Source: a virus
Lineage: Duplodnaviria > Caudoviricetes
DNA: 64,000 bases
Virus record (IMG/VR): IMGVR_UViG_3300030330_005626
Location: 60,637 to 124,636 of that record
Reading direction: 5' to 3' (one strand)
Positions 10,701 to 20,416 of this stretch are shown here, piece after piece; position 1 is the stretch's first letter; each line of letters opens with the position of its first letter. The translations under genes were made by a program, and so were the position numbers. The notes below the pieces were generated by a model. The model had not been told where the DNA came from. It worked only from the letters and a program-made list of their open reading frames with translations, and made no database searches.

Positions 10701-13480
10701 TGAGACCCTGTGGCCCCTTGGTTTCCTTGGGCACCTTGATTACCATTGTCCCCTTGAGCTCCTTGATCGCCTTGATTACCTTGGTTACCTTGAGCACCTT
10801 GGTCTCCATCTGATGGACCTTGAACCCCTTGAACCCCTTGAACACCTTGAGCGCCTTGATCTCCATCAGATGGACCTTGTACACCTTGGATACCTTGGAT
10901 ACCTTGGATGCCTTGAATTCCCTGAGCGCCTTGGGCTCCAGCACTACCTTGATTGCCCTGAGCACCTTGATTGCCCTGAGCACCTTGATAGCCTTGATAA
11001 CCTTGTTCGCCTTGATAGCCTTGATAACCTTGGACACAGCTACCTTTGCATATTGTTATGTCTTCAGTAGTGTCTATGTTAGCGAAAATTGCATTACCAT
11101 TAACAAAAACTTCAGCGCTAGAAATCTCAATTTCAGCGTCCACCTGAACGACTTCACTTGGCGTGGCGTTTGTCGTAAATCTTACGCAGACATTTTCTCC
11201 GTGAACCCAGTTTGATTTACTAGATAAAATTTCTAATCTATTATCGTTTAGCTTGTTGTAGCCAGCGTCTTCATACGACAAACAAGATGATGTTCCCTGA
11301 TGACCTTGGTAGCCCTGATACCCTTGATAACCCCGATACCCTTGGTATCCTTGATAACCCTGATAGCCTTGATAGCCTTGATAGCCCTGATAACCTTGAT
11401 GACCTTGATAACCCTGATAGCCTTGATAGCCCTGATAACCTTGATGACCTTGATGACCTTGATAACCTTGGTACCCTTGATAGCCTTGATAACCCTGATA
11501 GCCTTGATAGCCCTGATAACCTTGATGACCTTGATAACCTTGGTACCCCTGATAGCCTTGATAACCCTGATAACCTTGATAGCCTTGATAGCCTTGATAA
11601 CCTTGGTAGCCCTGAAAACCTCGGGTAAGTGGATTAGCTCCGTGGCAAATTGTTACGCGGTCTGGATTTCTAGCAGTGGGGTCATTTACAATGTAATCCT
11701 TAAATCTTTGAGGAAGCCCTCCTATAGAAACAAATCCATCACCTTGTACGGCATTGTATAAATGATCCACAGTTCCAGTAACGGGAGCTTGAGCGTTATC
11801 CTCGGTAAATATAGTTACTCCTTCCCCGACAGTCCAGCAGCCAGTGAATACTCCTGAAGGACCAGGCGCAAAAGCTATGTTCGGAGCAAGCAAAGAATCC
11901 TGCCTAACCATTCCCGTCTCAAGCGTCACGCAGGAATCACAGCCGTCAGGCACGTAAAATGTACCATCTCTTCCACCTGGAAAAGCTGTAGAAGGATTAC
12001 CTAATATAGTTATATTTGAACCGCCCCCACTAGTAGCGGAACGTGGTACATTAACAATTTCAATTCCAGTGATATTTGTACCTTGGAAGCCTTGATAACC
12101 TTGGTAACCTTGACTACCAACAGCGGGACAATTTCCTCTACATACTGAGTAATCACCACTGATGGTTTTGTTTAAATCTTGCTGAACAAAGCCTAAACCG
12201 CAAGGTTCTCCTACAGTAGTATCAAAATCTCCCCCGATACATATAGGTTGCCCTTCAGTAAAAATGTGGCCAGAACCACTAAATCTTGCCCATTGACCAT
12301 AATGTTTGTTTTCTATACCAGCGCTACTGCACCAACCATCCAAAACTGCTGACTGCGCTGGGGAATCATTATTAACTAATGAAAATGAAGGAGTATACCC
12401 TTCGGTAAACCAACAAATATCTCCAGTTGTTTTTACTCCAGTTACACCTATGGTAGAAAAAATGCTGGTATCTTCAAAGCAGTCTACACCGTCACCGAAC
12501 GCAGTCAGACAATTACCTATAAAAGCTTGAGCGGCAAAAGTTTTTGTACCTATACAGCTATAAAGAGGATCACTGGGATGAGGAACTATGTGAACCGAAG
12601 GGGCAACGGTATAACCCTCGCCACATTCAGCGATTTTCGCTTGACCACTCCAACACACTAAATTGTAATGGCTCACACCTGTGGCGCAAGGGTTCAGTGG
12701 AGGAGACTGACTACCTTGAAAGCCCTGAAAACCTTGATACCCTTGATACCCTTGATACCCTTGAAAGCCCACAGAGCCTTGAGGGCCAGTAGGTCCAGCG
12801 GGACCAGCAGAGCCTTGAGGACCGCCAGCGCCTTGAGCTCCATCAGACGGGCCTTGAAAACCTTGAAAACCTTGAAAACCTCGTCCTGCAAAACCCCCAC
12901 TTAAACCTTGAAAACCCTGATCCCCTTGATGCCCTTGGTAGCCTTGATGACCTTCTCCAGAAACCCCTCCACCTTTTAATACTGGCGTAGAAAGTAATTT
13001 ATACGAATAAATTAAAGTATCACTTTGAAGCTCTGGGGCTGGATCATAATCAGCGCCATATCTTTCTACAGCTTGTCTTACTTGGTTGGAAGCGTATTTA
13101 CCTCCAGTATGCTCAATTGGTGCGTTGTATTTTTTGCATTGAAGTTTAGCCCCAGTTACTAAAGGGGCAACAAACTCTTGACTGTATACCCCCCTTTCTA
13201 CTCGGCTTTCATTTATTAATAGAGAATCGCCGTCTGCTCCTGTTACTTTTAAAAGGTTTGCTCTAAAGGCGTTTTCATCCTTTTCAATCACATAACATTG
13301 GCCATCTTTTTCTCTTTTACCTATAAAAAATGTACTTAATTGATTTAGATCGTCGCTATCATTTGTAACAAAAGAATAATTATTTCCACCATCTTTATTG
13401 TCGTCTAAACCAACAAGAATAAGCTCCTCTGTTTCAGCAGGAAGCTGTGTAATTTCTGGTATTATAATCGGTCTTGACAT
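7772..13480 (-). CDS. Giant collagen-like tail fibre/spike protein (1902 aa)
   Basis: Several Gly-X-Gln tracts separated by Cys-containing globular modules; C-terminal LYCVESPDVRFED domain reminiscent of tail-fibre chaperone domains; last gene of tail operon. Confidence 0.85.
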   Translation of the reverse strand: MSRPIIIPEITQLPAETEELILVGLDDNKDGGNNYSFVTNDSDDLNQLSTFFIGKREKDGQCYVIEKDENAFRANLLKVTGADGDSLLINESRVERGVYSQEFVAPLVTGAKLQCKKYNAPIEHTGGKYASNQVRQAVERYGADYDPAPELQSDTLIYSYKLLSTPVLKGGGVSGEGHQGYQGHQGDQGFQGLSGGFAGRGFQGFQGFQGPSDGAQGAGGPQGSAGPAGPTGPQGSVGFQGYQGYQGYQGFQGFQGSQSPPLNPCATGVSHYNLVCWSGQAKIAECGEGYTVAPSVHIVPHPSDPLYSCIGTKTFAAQAFIGNCLTAFGDGVDCFEDTSIFSTIGVTGVKTTGDICWFTEGYTPSFSLVNNDSPAQSAVLDGWCSSAGIENKHYGQWARFSGSGHIFTEGQPICIGGDFDTTVGEPCGLGFVQQDLNKTISGDYSVCRGNCPAVGSQGYQGYQGFQGTNITGIEIVNVPRSATSGGGSNITILGNPSTAFPGGRDGTFYVPDGCDSCVTLETGMVRQDSLLAPNIAFAPGPSGVFTGCWTVGEGVTIFTEDNAQAPVTGTVDHLYNAVQGDGFVSIGGLPQRFKDYIVNDPTARNPDRVTICHGANPLTRGFQGYQGYQGYQGYQGYQGYQGYQGYQGYQGHQGYQGYQGYQGYQGYQGYQGYQGHQGHQGYQGYQGYQGYQGHQGYQGYQGYQGYQGYQGYQGYRGYQGYQGYQGHQGTSSCLSYEDAGYNKLNDNRLEILSSKSNWVHGENVCVRFTTNATPSEVVQVDAEIEISSAEVFVNGNAIFANIDTTEDITICKGSCVQGYQGYQGEQGYQGYQGAQGNQGAQGNQGSAGAQGAQGIQGIQGIQGIQGVQGPSDGDQGAQGVQGVQGVQGPSDGDQGAQGNQGNQGDQGAQGDNGNQGAQGNQGATGSQGNQGNQGSQGSQGNDGPQGDQGNQGNQGAQGIQGVQGPSDGDQGAQGRQGNQGNQGAQGRQGVSGVNGAQGNQGNQGNEGIQGVQGIQGIQGIQGVQGPSDGDQGAQGVQGTQGVQGPSDGDQGAQGRQGVAGNNGAQGNQGAAGNNGAQGNQGDAGAQGNQGNQGAQGVQGVQGPSDGDQGAQGSTGSQGNQGSQGVKGNQGNQGNQGNQGNQGNQGVAGAQGDQGNQGAQGAQGRQGVQGPSDGDQGAQGRQGVAGNNGAQGAAGAGGAQGNQGNQGNQGNQGNQGAQGVQGIQGVQGPSDGDQGAQGRQGAQGVQGIQGVQGVQGPSDGDQGAQGRQGVAGNNGAQGNQGNQGAQGVQGVQGPSDGDQGAQGRQGVDGNNGAQGAAGNNGAQGAQGRQGTAGNNGAQGDQGNAGAQGNQGNQGNQGAQGVQGIQGPSDGDQGAQGRQGVAGNNGAQGNQGNQGAQGRQGVAGNNGAQGAQGVQGVQGKAFGEGPCSNIHYVSGDINQDCGDIYTAGSLLVTGDITGLGHTQFGDSNIDQHVFSGAVLGLRNTSAFDITSDSPIVNILDQAGANTPGTINFGGDVGTLNIGQAGTTLFSSGDSFFGAECSNNHHFSGNVYIDCISTDSSATDVLALDGNKIIKRNPLAGGQLAQGFAADRYPTVNNGSSDQSAVVLYNQTGNGISIIACKNDSGDNYVDAFQPHIYFYPDIEGVAGAGAALPQPEAYIFYSNDAGAWGGSGLCMGMASESVTDPGTIGNTSVSVTHKFFQVGCNLYTEAGSGLYLGGQTNPDNNCPIVLNNGQGQVDQVILSKGPGATPEWGYVETSRITDFDFNVRNVSSQAGDPIKTAIVESVSGQYVDLYCVESPDVRFEDVVSIKANGRLKIEQEIDPEFVFVCEQNSIKAVSYTTTEPALCGVKVKENKLIITFSGNIPEEVTVKLSGIRKGSKGVRFTPKTKEQADHNNDFWNQSKL
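9228..11030 (-). repeat. ~600-aa Gly-X-Gln collagen-like repeat with recurrent GPSDG interruptions
   Basis: 9-nt periodic 'accttg' units; QGPSDGDQG recurs about 11 times in this tract. Confidence 0.95.
11293..11622 (-). repeat. (GYQ/GHQ)n collagen-like tract
   Basis: About 36 consecutive Gly-Tyr/His-Gln triplets; 9-nt periodic DNA. Confidence 0.95.
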
Positions 13481-13488
13481 TTCTTAAA

Positions 13489-15345
13489 TTATTTTACTCC
13501 AGTTATGTGTCCAGTTCTTGAAAAATTTCCACTTCCACTAACCACTAATGTTGCGCTCATAGGTAAAGGATCATAATAACCAACATTCTCTATTTGAGCT
13601 ACTAGTTCGTCTTGTGTACCCGCACTCAGATTCAAATCTTGACGAAAAACATAAAAATTACCAGTATAAGATAAATTATCATCACTTATTTGTCCATTTT
13701 GCCTAAAATTATAAAAAGAATCTCCTGAACCAGTTAATAAATTAAATATACCAGTAAAATCTTTTGTGTAATTACCAAACACTCCAGAAGCCGAAGCGCC
13801 AGAAGACATTACCGCAGAGCCAGAAAAACCAGTTGGCAAAACAGCCTCCCCAGAGCCACTTGCGGCTGGAGTACCACCTGAAAAGGTTACGGTAGGAACC
13901 CCAGTGTAACCAGAGCCTCCTGAAATTAAAGTTACTCCAGTTATTCTTTGACCAAACCCATCTGTGAACCCCGTTAAAGCTTGAAAACTTGCACCAGCGC
14001 CCCCTCCTCCTTCAACCAAAACAGTTGGAGTTTCAGTGTAACCGCTTCCAGAAAAAGTTATATTAACCCCACTTAAACCAGGTTCTAAGATGATTTCAGG
14101 CACTCCAGAATAAGAAGAGCCACCGCTAATAATGTTTATAGAAGAAATTGATCCATCACCATCAACCGAAGCTGTTCCTGTAGCCTCTATCCCTCCGAAT
14201 CTTTCGCCACTAAATTTTACAATTGGTGAACTAAAATAACCCGCCCCACCATTTGTGATATTTACTGAATTAACCCCAGATAAAATTAAAATTTCAGTAG
14301 AACTATCATAGCCACTTCCACCAAAAACTATATCAAAACCGTTAAGTTGACCAGATGAGTTTACTTGTCCAGAAACTACGGCACCGCTCCCACTACCACT
14401 TACTAATACGATTGGCGGCTCTATACGTGAATAGTTAACGCCAGAGCTAAGTATTTCCACTCCTGTAAGCGCCCCCTCAATATCACCAGTAAAACCACTT
14501 TCATAAGATAAAGTAAACTTTAAAGGTAAACCAGTAGCAAGACTACTTGTACCAGTATATAAATTATGAACTGCTAAAAATTGCCCAGTTTTTTCGGTAA
14601 GAGCTTTTGACCCAGATAGATCAAGAATATCGTCTTGCTGCTCTAGTAATAATGAGGGTTCGTAAAATGGAGTGGTCCCAGAAACAGTAAATTGATTAGT
14701 GGATTCTCCAAAGCTCGTAAAAAGAGTAACATCAAAAGTGTAGACGGACTGATTCTGAATGCCGCTTATACCGCTTATTAAAAAATTTCCAGTTCCTAAT
14801 ATTCCAGTGGAAATGGAAGTATCTATCGAAAATAATCCAGTGCTATTGCTAGATAATATTTCCCCAGAAAAAATATCAAACTTCCCTAAATCAGCGTTGT
14901 TCGCTGTGACTGTTCCAGTTATTACTCCGCTGTCCCCAACTGCGGTATCAAAAGATATTGCTTCTATTACGGTTTGATCTCCAGAACCATTTACAGTTAA
15001 CGTTTGAAGGTCGAATTCGCAACCAGTACAATCAATAAAAAATCTATCTACATCAAAATCCGCTTTAGTTCCACTAAAGTTGATTCTTTCATCATTAATA
15101 AAATAATTATAATTATCTTTATTTACATTTGCATCTATTCTAAATTGACCAGTGTTATAAGAAAAAACATAATTATTATTTGGGTCAATTATTCTGCCTT
15201 CATCGAAATTAAATTCAAACTTTTGACTCTCTCCAGAAAAACCAAAAACGCTACTTCCTGTAGTGTTGTTTATAGAAGCAGTTAAAGAAAAGCTATAATC
15301 ACTTTTCCCTTGTACTTTTCTATATTTTTCTCCAGAAAAAATCAT
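13489..15345 (-). CDS. Tail tip/baseplate structural protein with GxGY..P.V repeats
   Basis: Repeats such as NGGAGYFSSPIV, GSGYTETPTV, GGSGYTGVPTV; very S/T-G rich; tail operon. Confidence 0.65.
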   Translation of the reverse strand: MIFSGEKYRKVQGKSDYSFSLTASINNTTGSSVFGFSGESQKFEFNFDEGRIIDPNNNYVFSYNTGQFRIDANVNKDNYNYFINDERINFSGTKADFDVDRFFIDCTGCEFDLQTLTVNGSGDQTVIEAISFDTAVGDSGVITGTVTANNADLGKFDIFSGEILSSNSTGLFSIDTSISTGILGTGNFLISGISGIQNQSVYTFDVTLFTSFGESTNQFTVSGTTPFYEPSLLLEQQDDILDLSGSKALTEKTGQFLAVHNLYTGTSSLATGLPLKFTLSYESGFTGDIEGALTGVEILSSGVNYSRIEPPIVLVSGSGSGAVVSGQVNSSGQLNGFDIVFGGSGYDSSTEILILSGVNSVNITNGGAGYFSSPIVKFSGERFGGIEATGTASVDGDGSISSINIISGGSSYSGVPEIILEPGLSGVNITFSGSGYTETPTVLVEGGGGAGASFQALTGFTDGFGQRITGVTLISGGSGYTGVPTVTFSGGTPAASGSGEAVLPTGFSGSAVMSSGASASGVFGNYTKDFTGIFNLLTGSGDSFYNFRQNGQISDDNLSYTGNFYVFRQDLNLSAGTQDELVAQIENVGYYDPLPMSATLVVSGSGNFSRTGHITGVK

Positions 15346-18300
15346 GATCGTAAAATGTTTCTAGAAAGTAATTTTGGTTCTATTTCTTGAGTAAATAAAT
15401 CTTGAGCGGGTGGTTTAGCTGGTCTGTTTGTCCAAGAAGCTGTTGCACTCGAACCATTTTGATCAACTTTCGCGCTAAAGGATACTAAACCTTTTTGTAC
15501 ATTTAAGTACTGCCCTAAAGTACCATAGTTTAAGCTGCCAAAGTCAACGCTTACATTTTGTTTAGGAGATGAATGACCTAAAAGTTGAACATTTTTTCTT
15601 AGGAGCTCGTGATATTCTTCTATGGTTAAAAATCCAACTCCTTGTACATATATATTTGTTATAGTAAGTACGTTGCCTGTTACAGGGTCTTTGCTGTTGA
15701 ATATCGGACTATCTGTATCTAAATTATTTAGCTCAATCTGAACCTCGCTAACATTACCAACCGAGGCAAAATCTTCAACTCTAGCGCCTAAAAATTGTTC
15801 TACTTTATCCTGATAGTAAGCGCTTGTTATGTCTTCTTTGTAATTAGCTAAATATAAATTATTCAAAGGAACCGTAGCAGGAAAAAGCGGGTTAGGAGTA
15901 ATCGCCGTACCTGCTGGTCCTACGATTGTAAGCGAACCTCTTATCGAATAAGTTTGCCCTTTTCGTTTAGGTGGCCAAAAGGCTATGGTTAAACCACCTC
16001 CTAGTAAATTAGCAACCCCTTCTGGAAATGGCTCGCCTTCTTTAGCTGCGTATATTTTACCAAAGGCAGTAGTTGGATCGACTGCGCTTGGTGGAAACAC
16101 CTGATAGCCACAATAGTTAGTTGGCTTGCAAACTTCTTCTTCAAGTGAAGATTGGATTTCGCAAGCTAAACTTTTGCTACAATCAATTTCTTGCTGATCG
16201 GAGGAGCCTTTGCTGTTCCAAAAAGGAGACTCTTTAAAGTTTGGCTGAGTTATTATTCTTTGAGTGTTACTATTTCCGACTCTTAGTATTTGCCCTATTC
16301 TAGCGGGCTTGGGTGCTATAACTAAAACGGGAGTAGAGTCTTTTTTAACTAAATCTAAAAATCCATTTATGTCAACCGCAGTGCCCTTAAATCTTGCTCT
16401 TATCCTAGTTTCTATCATTCCTGATATTTTTTGAAACTTAGGTAAAAATGGTTCAGCTAAATCTTTGGTCCCGTCAGTAGTACTACCATTTACATTTGTT
16501 TTTGTTGTAAAATAATCATCCGCCTGTTCTTGAGTTATACTCCAAGGTGCGTTTGACCTCTCGAATATTTTTAACCTTGGATCAGCAGCGCTTTGACCCC
16601 AAGGGTTGATTGGAATTGGACCCCACAAATATTTAGCGAAAGGCAGTCTTTCTGTAATAAATCCCCTAGTCTGGAAAGACGTAGAAGCCTCTTTGTTGCT
16701 ATTTGAAACGTCTACAGGCTCTGGGGTTAATGAACTTTTCGCTTCGTATCTCCAATCGCTACCAGTAAAACAAACTTTATACCCACCGTATTTTTCGTCC
16801 GCAAACGTATTTAAATTGGTATAGAAATATTTGCCCATCACATTTTCTGCCCAATTTTTTTCAAACTCTAAATGTCTTTCCGCCAAATCTGGACTATATA
16901 AAGCCAAAAACATGTCCACATCAGGTATCTGAACTGGAACAGTAAATCTATCAATTATATCTTGGTAAGTCTCAGTGTCTAAACACTCGTCTATTATTTC
17001 CTGTCTAAGATTAGCGTCAATAGAAGCTATGTATTGTAAACCTAAACACCCATAAACATTTCCGCCATTTCCTTGAGCTATGTCATTACCAGCTAAAAAA
17101 GTATTAAAAAGAGTTCTAATATTAGTGTTGTATTTAGCTAAATAACAAGAAGCATTAAAATTCTGTTCGCTTCTAAAGCTTCTAAATTTTGTGGTTAAAA
17201 GATCGCTACTTGCAAAGCACTTGTAAGCAGTACCATAATAAGTTGTTTTATTGTAAGACCTTAAAGTCCTTTTTCTTTTGTAGGAAGTTACTAAATTCTT
17301 TTTGAATGTACCTTCTAAATTCTTACTTTCTGAAATTGACTCTATTAAAGCATCGTCGCCCGCTTTTATTAATTTAGCTGTACTAGAAATTTGATCTAGA
17401 GTTTTACCTCTAGCTGGTGAATTTAAATCTATTTCACCGACAGTTGGCCTTTCGTTTGCGGTGGCTAATTCTTGAGCAAAATCATAATAAAATGTACAAC
17501 CAAAAAGGGCGCACCAATCGTTTAAAACTTTTCTTAAAGTGCCAGTGAAATTTTTTCTAAGATATGAAAAACCATTAATTTCAGATTTATCAAAAATGTT
17601 TATATCTATGCCAAAAGCTCGACAAGCTTCTTTAAGTTCAAAAAACGAATAGTCTACAGCCGCAAGATCGCAACTAGTTTTTGTGAACTTTTCTTTACCA
17701 AGGAATATGTAACCTCCGTCAACTGTATTTCCCGTAAAACATTTATTCAGATTCGCTTCCCTTAAAAGTCTCTGTGTAAATATTGGATTTATTGCGATTG
17801 GATTAGCGGGAATATCTGCGGGTGAATTTTGAAGGAGTTGATCATAAAAATCACTACCAATAGCATTTAATATTTGAACACCTTGAGCATTTACGGGGCC
17901 AATTTGATTATTCTGAAAGCAAGGAGGACAAGATAGTGGAATTATTGCGGTATTGTCAACTTCACCTAACGGACTTTTTAAAAATCTTTCATCTAAAGTA
18001 TGAGTTCCTATAAGACCAATAAAAACTCTATCTAATATATGGGAACCGTCTGTTAATTCTAGCTCTAAGGTTTTATCAGAGCTTGAAGTATTTTTTTTAA
18101 ATCCTTTTACATAGCATTTTATAGTTAAATCATCTCCAATTTTTAAGTAATAAGGTGAGGTATAATCTAAATTTGGAGTAGGATCATAAATCCCATTTTG
18201 ATTCATTAGCCCAAGATTTAAGGAAGTTGGCTTTTCATTTATGCCAAAATCCATATTTATAGCTCTTATAAAAGCAAGATTTTCGAATTTGCCAGCTTCA

Positions 18301-18365
18301 GCGCCAGCAAAACCTCTATCTTGAGAAATTAAAACACTTGGAATGTTCTGTATTGTATCTGGCAT
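15342..18365 (-). CDS. Putative baseplate hub/tail tip protein (1007 aa)
   Basis: Position downstream of the tape measure; 'FTGTLRKVLNDWCALFGCTFYYD' resembles a hub (gp27/Tal-like) segment. Confidence 0.5.
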   Translation of the reverse strand: MPDTIQNIPSVLISQDRGFAGAEAGKFENLAFIRAINMDFGINEKPTSLNLGLMNQNGIYDPTPNLDYTSPYYLKIGDDLTIKCYVKGFKKNTSSSDKTLELELTDGSHILDRVFIGLIGTHTLDERFLKSPLGEVDNTAIIPLSCPPCFQNNQIGPVNAQGVQILNAIGSDFYDQLLQNSPADIPANPIAINPIFTQRLLREANLNKCFTGNTVDGGYIFLGKEKFTKTSCDLAAVDYSFFELKEACRAFGIDINIFDKSEINGFSYLRKNFTGTLRKVLNDWCALFGCTFYYDFAQELATANERPTVGEIDLNSPARGKTLDQISSTAKLIKAGDDALIESISESKNLEGTFKKNLVTSYKRKRTLRSYNKTTYYGTAYKCFASSDLLTTKFRSFRSEQNFNASCYLAKYNTNIRTLFNTFLAGNDIAQGNGGNVYGCLGLQYIASIDANLRQEIIDECLDTETYQDIIDRFTVPVQIPDVDMFLALYSPDLAERHLEFEKNWAENVMGKYFYTNLNTFADEKYGGYKVCFTGSDWRYEAKSSLTPEPVDVSNSNKEASTSFQTRGFITERLPFAKYLWGPIPINPWGQSAADPRLKIFERSNAPWSITQEQADDYFTTKTNVNGSTTDGTKDLAEPFLPKFQKISGMIETRIRARFKGTAVDINGFLDLVKKDSTPVLVIAPKPARIGQILRVGNSNTQRIITQPNFKESPFWNSKGSSDQQEIDCSKSLACEIQSSLEEEVCKPTNYCGYQVFPPSAVDPTTAFGKIYAAKEGEPFPEGVANLLGGGLTIAFWPPKRKGQTYSIRGSLTIVGPAGTAITPNPLFPATVPLNNLYLANYKEDITSAYYQDKVEQFLGARVEDFASVGNVSEVQIELNNLDTDSPIFNSKDPVTGNVLTITNIYVQGVGFLTIEEYHELLRKNVQLLGHSSPKQNVSVDFGSLNYGTLGQYLNVQKGLVSFSAKVDQNGSSATASWTNRPAKPPAQDLFTQEIEPKLLSRNILRS

Positions 18366-18395
18366 TTGTTCCTTTTACCTTTTACCACTATAAAA

Positions 18396-18400
18396 TACAC
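18396..18400 (-). promoter_or_regulatory. GTGTA late-promoter motif upstream of 18365
   Basis: GTGTATTTTATAG in intergenic gap; one of ten such sites. Confidence 0.65.
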
Positions 18401-18412
18401 TAAAATTAATTT

Positions 18413-20416
18413 TTAAGTATCGAAAAAATCATTTGTATTATTGTATATATTCGTGTTAAAACCAGTTACAAAATTATTATATTTAAGCAATCCAGCGTTT
18501 GAAACCTTGAAATAGCTGTCTTCTTCTATTCTTTTTCCGTTTACCCAAACTTGCTCATCTATCAAGCCAACTCCAGCGTTTATAAATTGACTGGCGTTTC
18601 CAGTAATCCTATTATAGCTTTCAGATATTCTAGGAAGCACTAAAATGTTGCCAGTTACATACTTATTATTGTTTTGAATTTGCGAGGATATTAAAGAAAT
18701 CTCACTAGCATCTCCAGTAAAGTCCACCCCTGATAAAAGCTTATACCCATTTAAATAAATATCGCCAGTGTGGGTATTGCTTATCGTAAAATTCTCTTGG
18801 TCTATAAAACCACTCGCAGTAGCACTAGTCGTAGCACCGCCACCTTCAATAGTTATCGTGGGTGAGGACAAGAAGCCAGAGCCACCAGAGGTCAACACTA
18901 AACCAGTCACCTTTACGGTTCCACCCGCCTCACCAGTAAAAGCTGTCGCTGCGGCGTTTTCCCCTCCAGAAAATACTACGCTCGGTACGCCAGTATATCC
19001 GCCGCCAGAATTAGTAATTTCAATTCCAGTTACAGCATACCCAGAGAAAGACTCTATAATGTTTTGGTCGCCACTTATTATATCAAAAACAACCGCGTCT
19101 TGACCAGAGGAAGGTAAATCATCGAATTTTACCTTGTAGTCTACCGCCGTATCGGTTGTTATTGAAAATTGGTCTCCAGAATACTTAGCTAAACCATTTA
19201 AGAAAACGTTTAAATTTCCACCTTCGTAACCAGTGGAAGGATAATAATTATTATCTCCTAAAAATTCTGGTGTTATATTTAATTGAGTATCGTAAAAAGA
19301 AGTATGAGAATATATTTCAAAATAATTTCCAGTATCAATTTCATCTATAAAACTTATGCATTGCTCTGCATATTTTAAAGATTTAGAATAATCATTTGTT
19401 CTTTGGGCTCCTATGCCACTAAAGCCGCTTCCCGAAATTATTCCAGAGCCAGTTAAAAACTCAACCACTTGACCAAAAAGTTCACCCGAAACACCTGAAT
19501 CTTTATAAAAATTTATATCCCCACACAAACAAGTTTCTATTGTTTTGTATATTTGAGGTATAAAGCCCGTAACCCCAGTACCTGTTAACCCTGTTAAATT
19601 AACGTCTACCCCAGTTATCTCTTGTCCTGTGATAGAGTAAGCGACAGTTGTTCCAGACTCTATGCCAGAATAAAAATAATTTTCTGCTATTGTATTTTGC
19701 TGAGAAGGATTTAAAGCTCCCCCGTATAAAATAAAGCTATCGATTTGACCACTAAAGCCTGTGTAACTTGAAGGCGTTGAACTTCCAGTTGTCCCAAAAT
19801 TTCCTATAAAGAAGTAAGAAGATTCGGTAAAGTTTTCTAGCCTGAATTGAGCAACTTCGTGATCAAAAGAGCCTATATCATGATTTATTATAGTTAAAAC
19901 ATTTGAGCTCTGGGAAACTGAAATTACATTGTTTTCACCAAGCTCTTTTGGATGAGTATATATTCTTCTTTGGTTACCAGTGTCTAAATACTCAAAATAA
20001 GCTCTATTCGATCCGTTTACACCAAAATTAAAGCCAGAAGCGCCTGTATAAGTTTCCATAGAGGAGGCAAGCACCCTAGCTACGTTTCCTTGAGTTGATT
20101 CGCTTTGATAGTAATCTACAAAAAATGTCCAGTTACCAGTGGATAAATCACTCGCTAACTCAAGAACGTCTTCCCCTTTAAAAACTCCAGATGAACCTAG
20201 ATTACCTGTAACGTTAGAAGTGCAAGATATAGCAACCAAAGGAAAAGTTTCAGAAATTGGCCTAGTAACATCACCAGAAATAACTTGAGCACCAGTGGGG
20301 TAATAGTCGTTAAATACTAAACACTCGCTACCGCTTTCAAAATTATAAACACCCTGAATAATTCCAGTATTTAAATTATTTATCTCGAATATATTTTTTA
20401 AGTCGTCGGGATTCAT
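18413..20416 (-). CDS. Tail structural protein with N-terminal LamG/ConA-like domain
   Basis: 'FFIGN...FSGQIDSFILYGGALN' LamG-type end; GGGYTGVPSV repeats; S/T-G rich. Confidence 0.65.
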   Translation of the reverse strand: MNPDDLKNIFEINNLNTGIIQGVYNFESGSECLVFNDYYPTGAQVISGDVTRPISETFPLVAISCTSNVTGNLGSSGVFKGEDVLELASDLSTGNWTFFVDYYQSESTQGNVARVLASSMETYTGASGFNFGVNGSNRAYFEYLDTGNQRRIYTHPKELGENNVISVSQSSNVLTIINHDIGSFDHEVAQFRLENFTESSYFFIGNFGTTGSSTPSSYTGFSGQIDSFILYGGALNPSQQNTIAENYFYSGIESGTTVAYSITGQEITGVDVNLTGLTGTGVTGFIPQIYKTIETCLCGDINFYKDSGVSGELFGQVVEFLTGSGIISGSGFSGIGAQRTNDYSKSLKYAEQCISFIDEIDTGNYFEIYSHTSFYDTQLNITPEFLGDNNYYPSTGYEGGNLNVFLNGLAKYSGDQFSITTDTAVDYKVKFDDLPSSGQDAVVFDIISGDQNIIESFSGYAVTGIEITNSGGGYTGVPSVVFSGGENAAATAFTGEAGGTVKVTGLVLTSGGSGFLSSPTITIEGGGATTSATASGFIDQENFTISNTHTGDIYLNGYKLLSGVDFTGDASEISLISSQIQNNNKYVTGNILVLPRISESYNRITGNASQFINAGVGLIDEQVWVNGKRIEEDSYFKVSNAGLLKYNNFVTGFNTNIYNNTNDFFDT

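Noticed and set aside
9175-12904. Many long alternative-frame and antisense ORFs (e.g. 9175-10416, 9223-10107, 10171-11070, 11300-11761)
   Set aside because: Shadows of the 9-nt Gly-X-Gln periodicity; low-complexity translations with no start signals.
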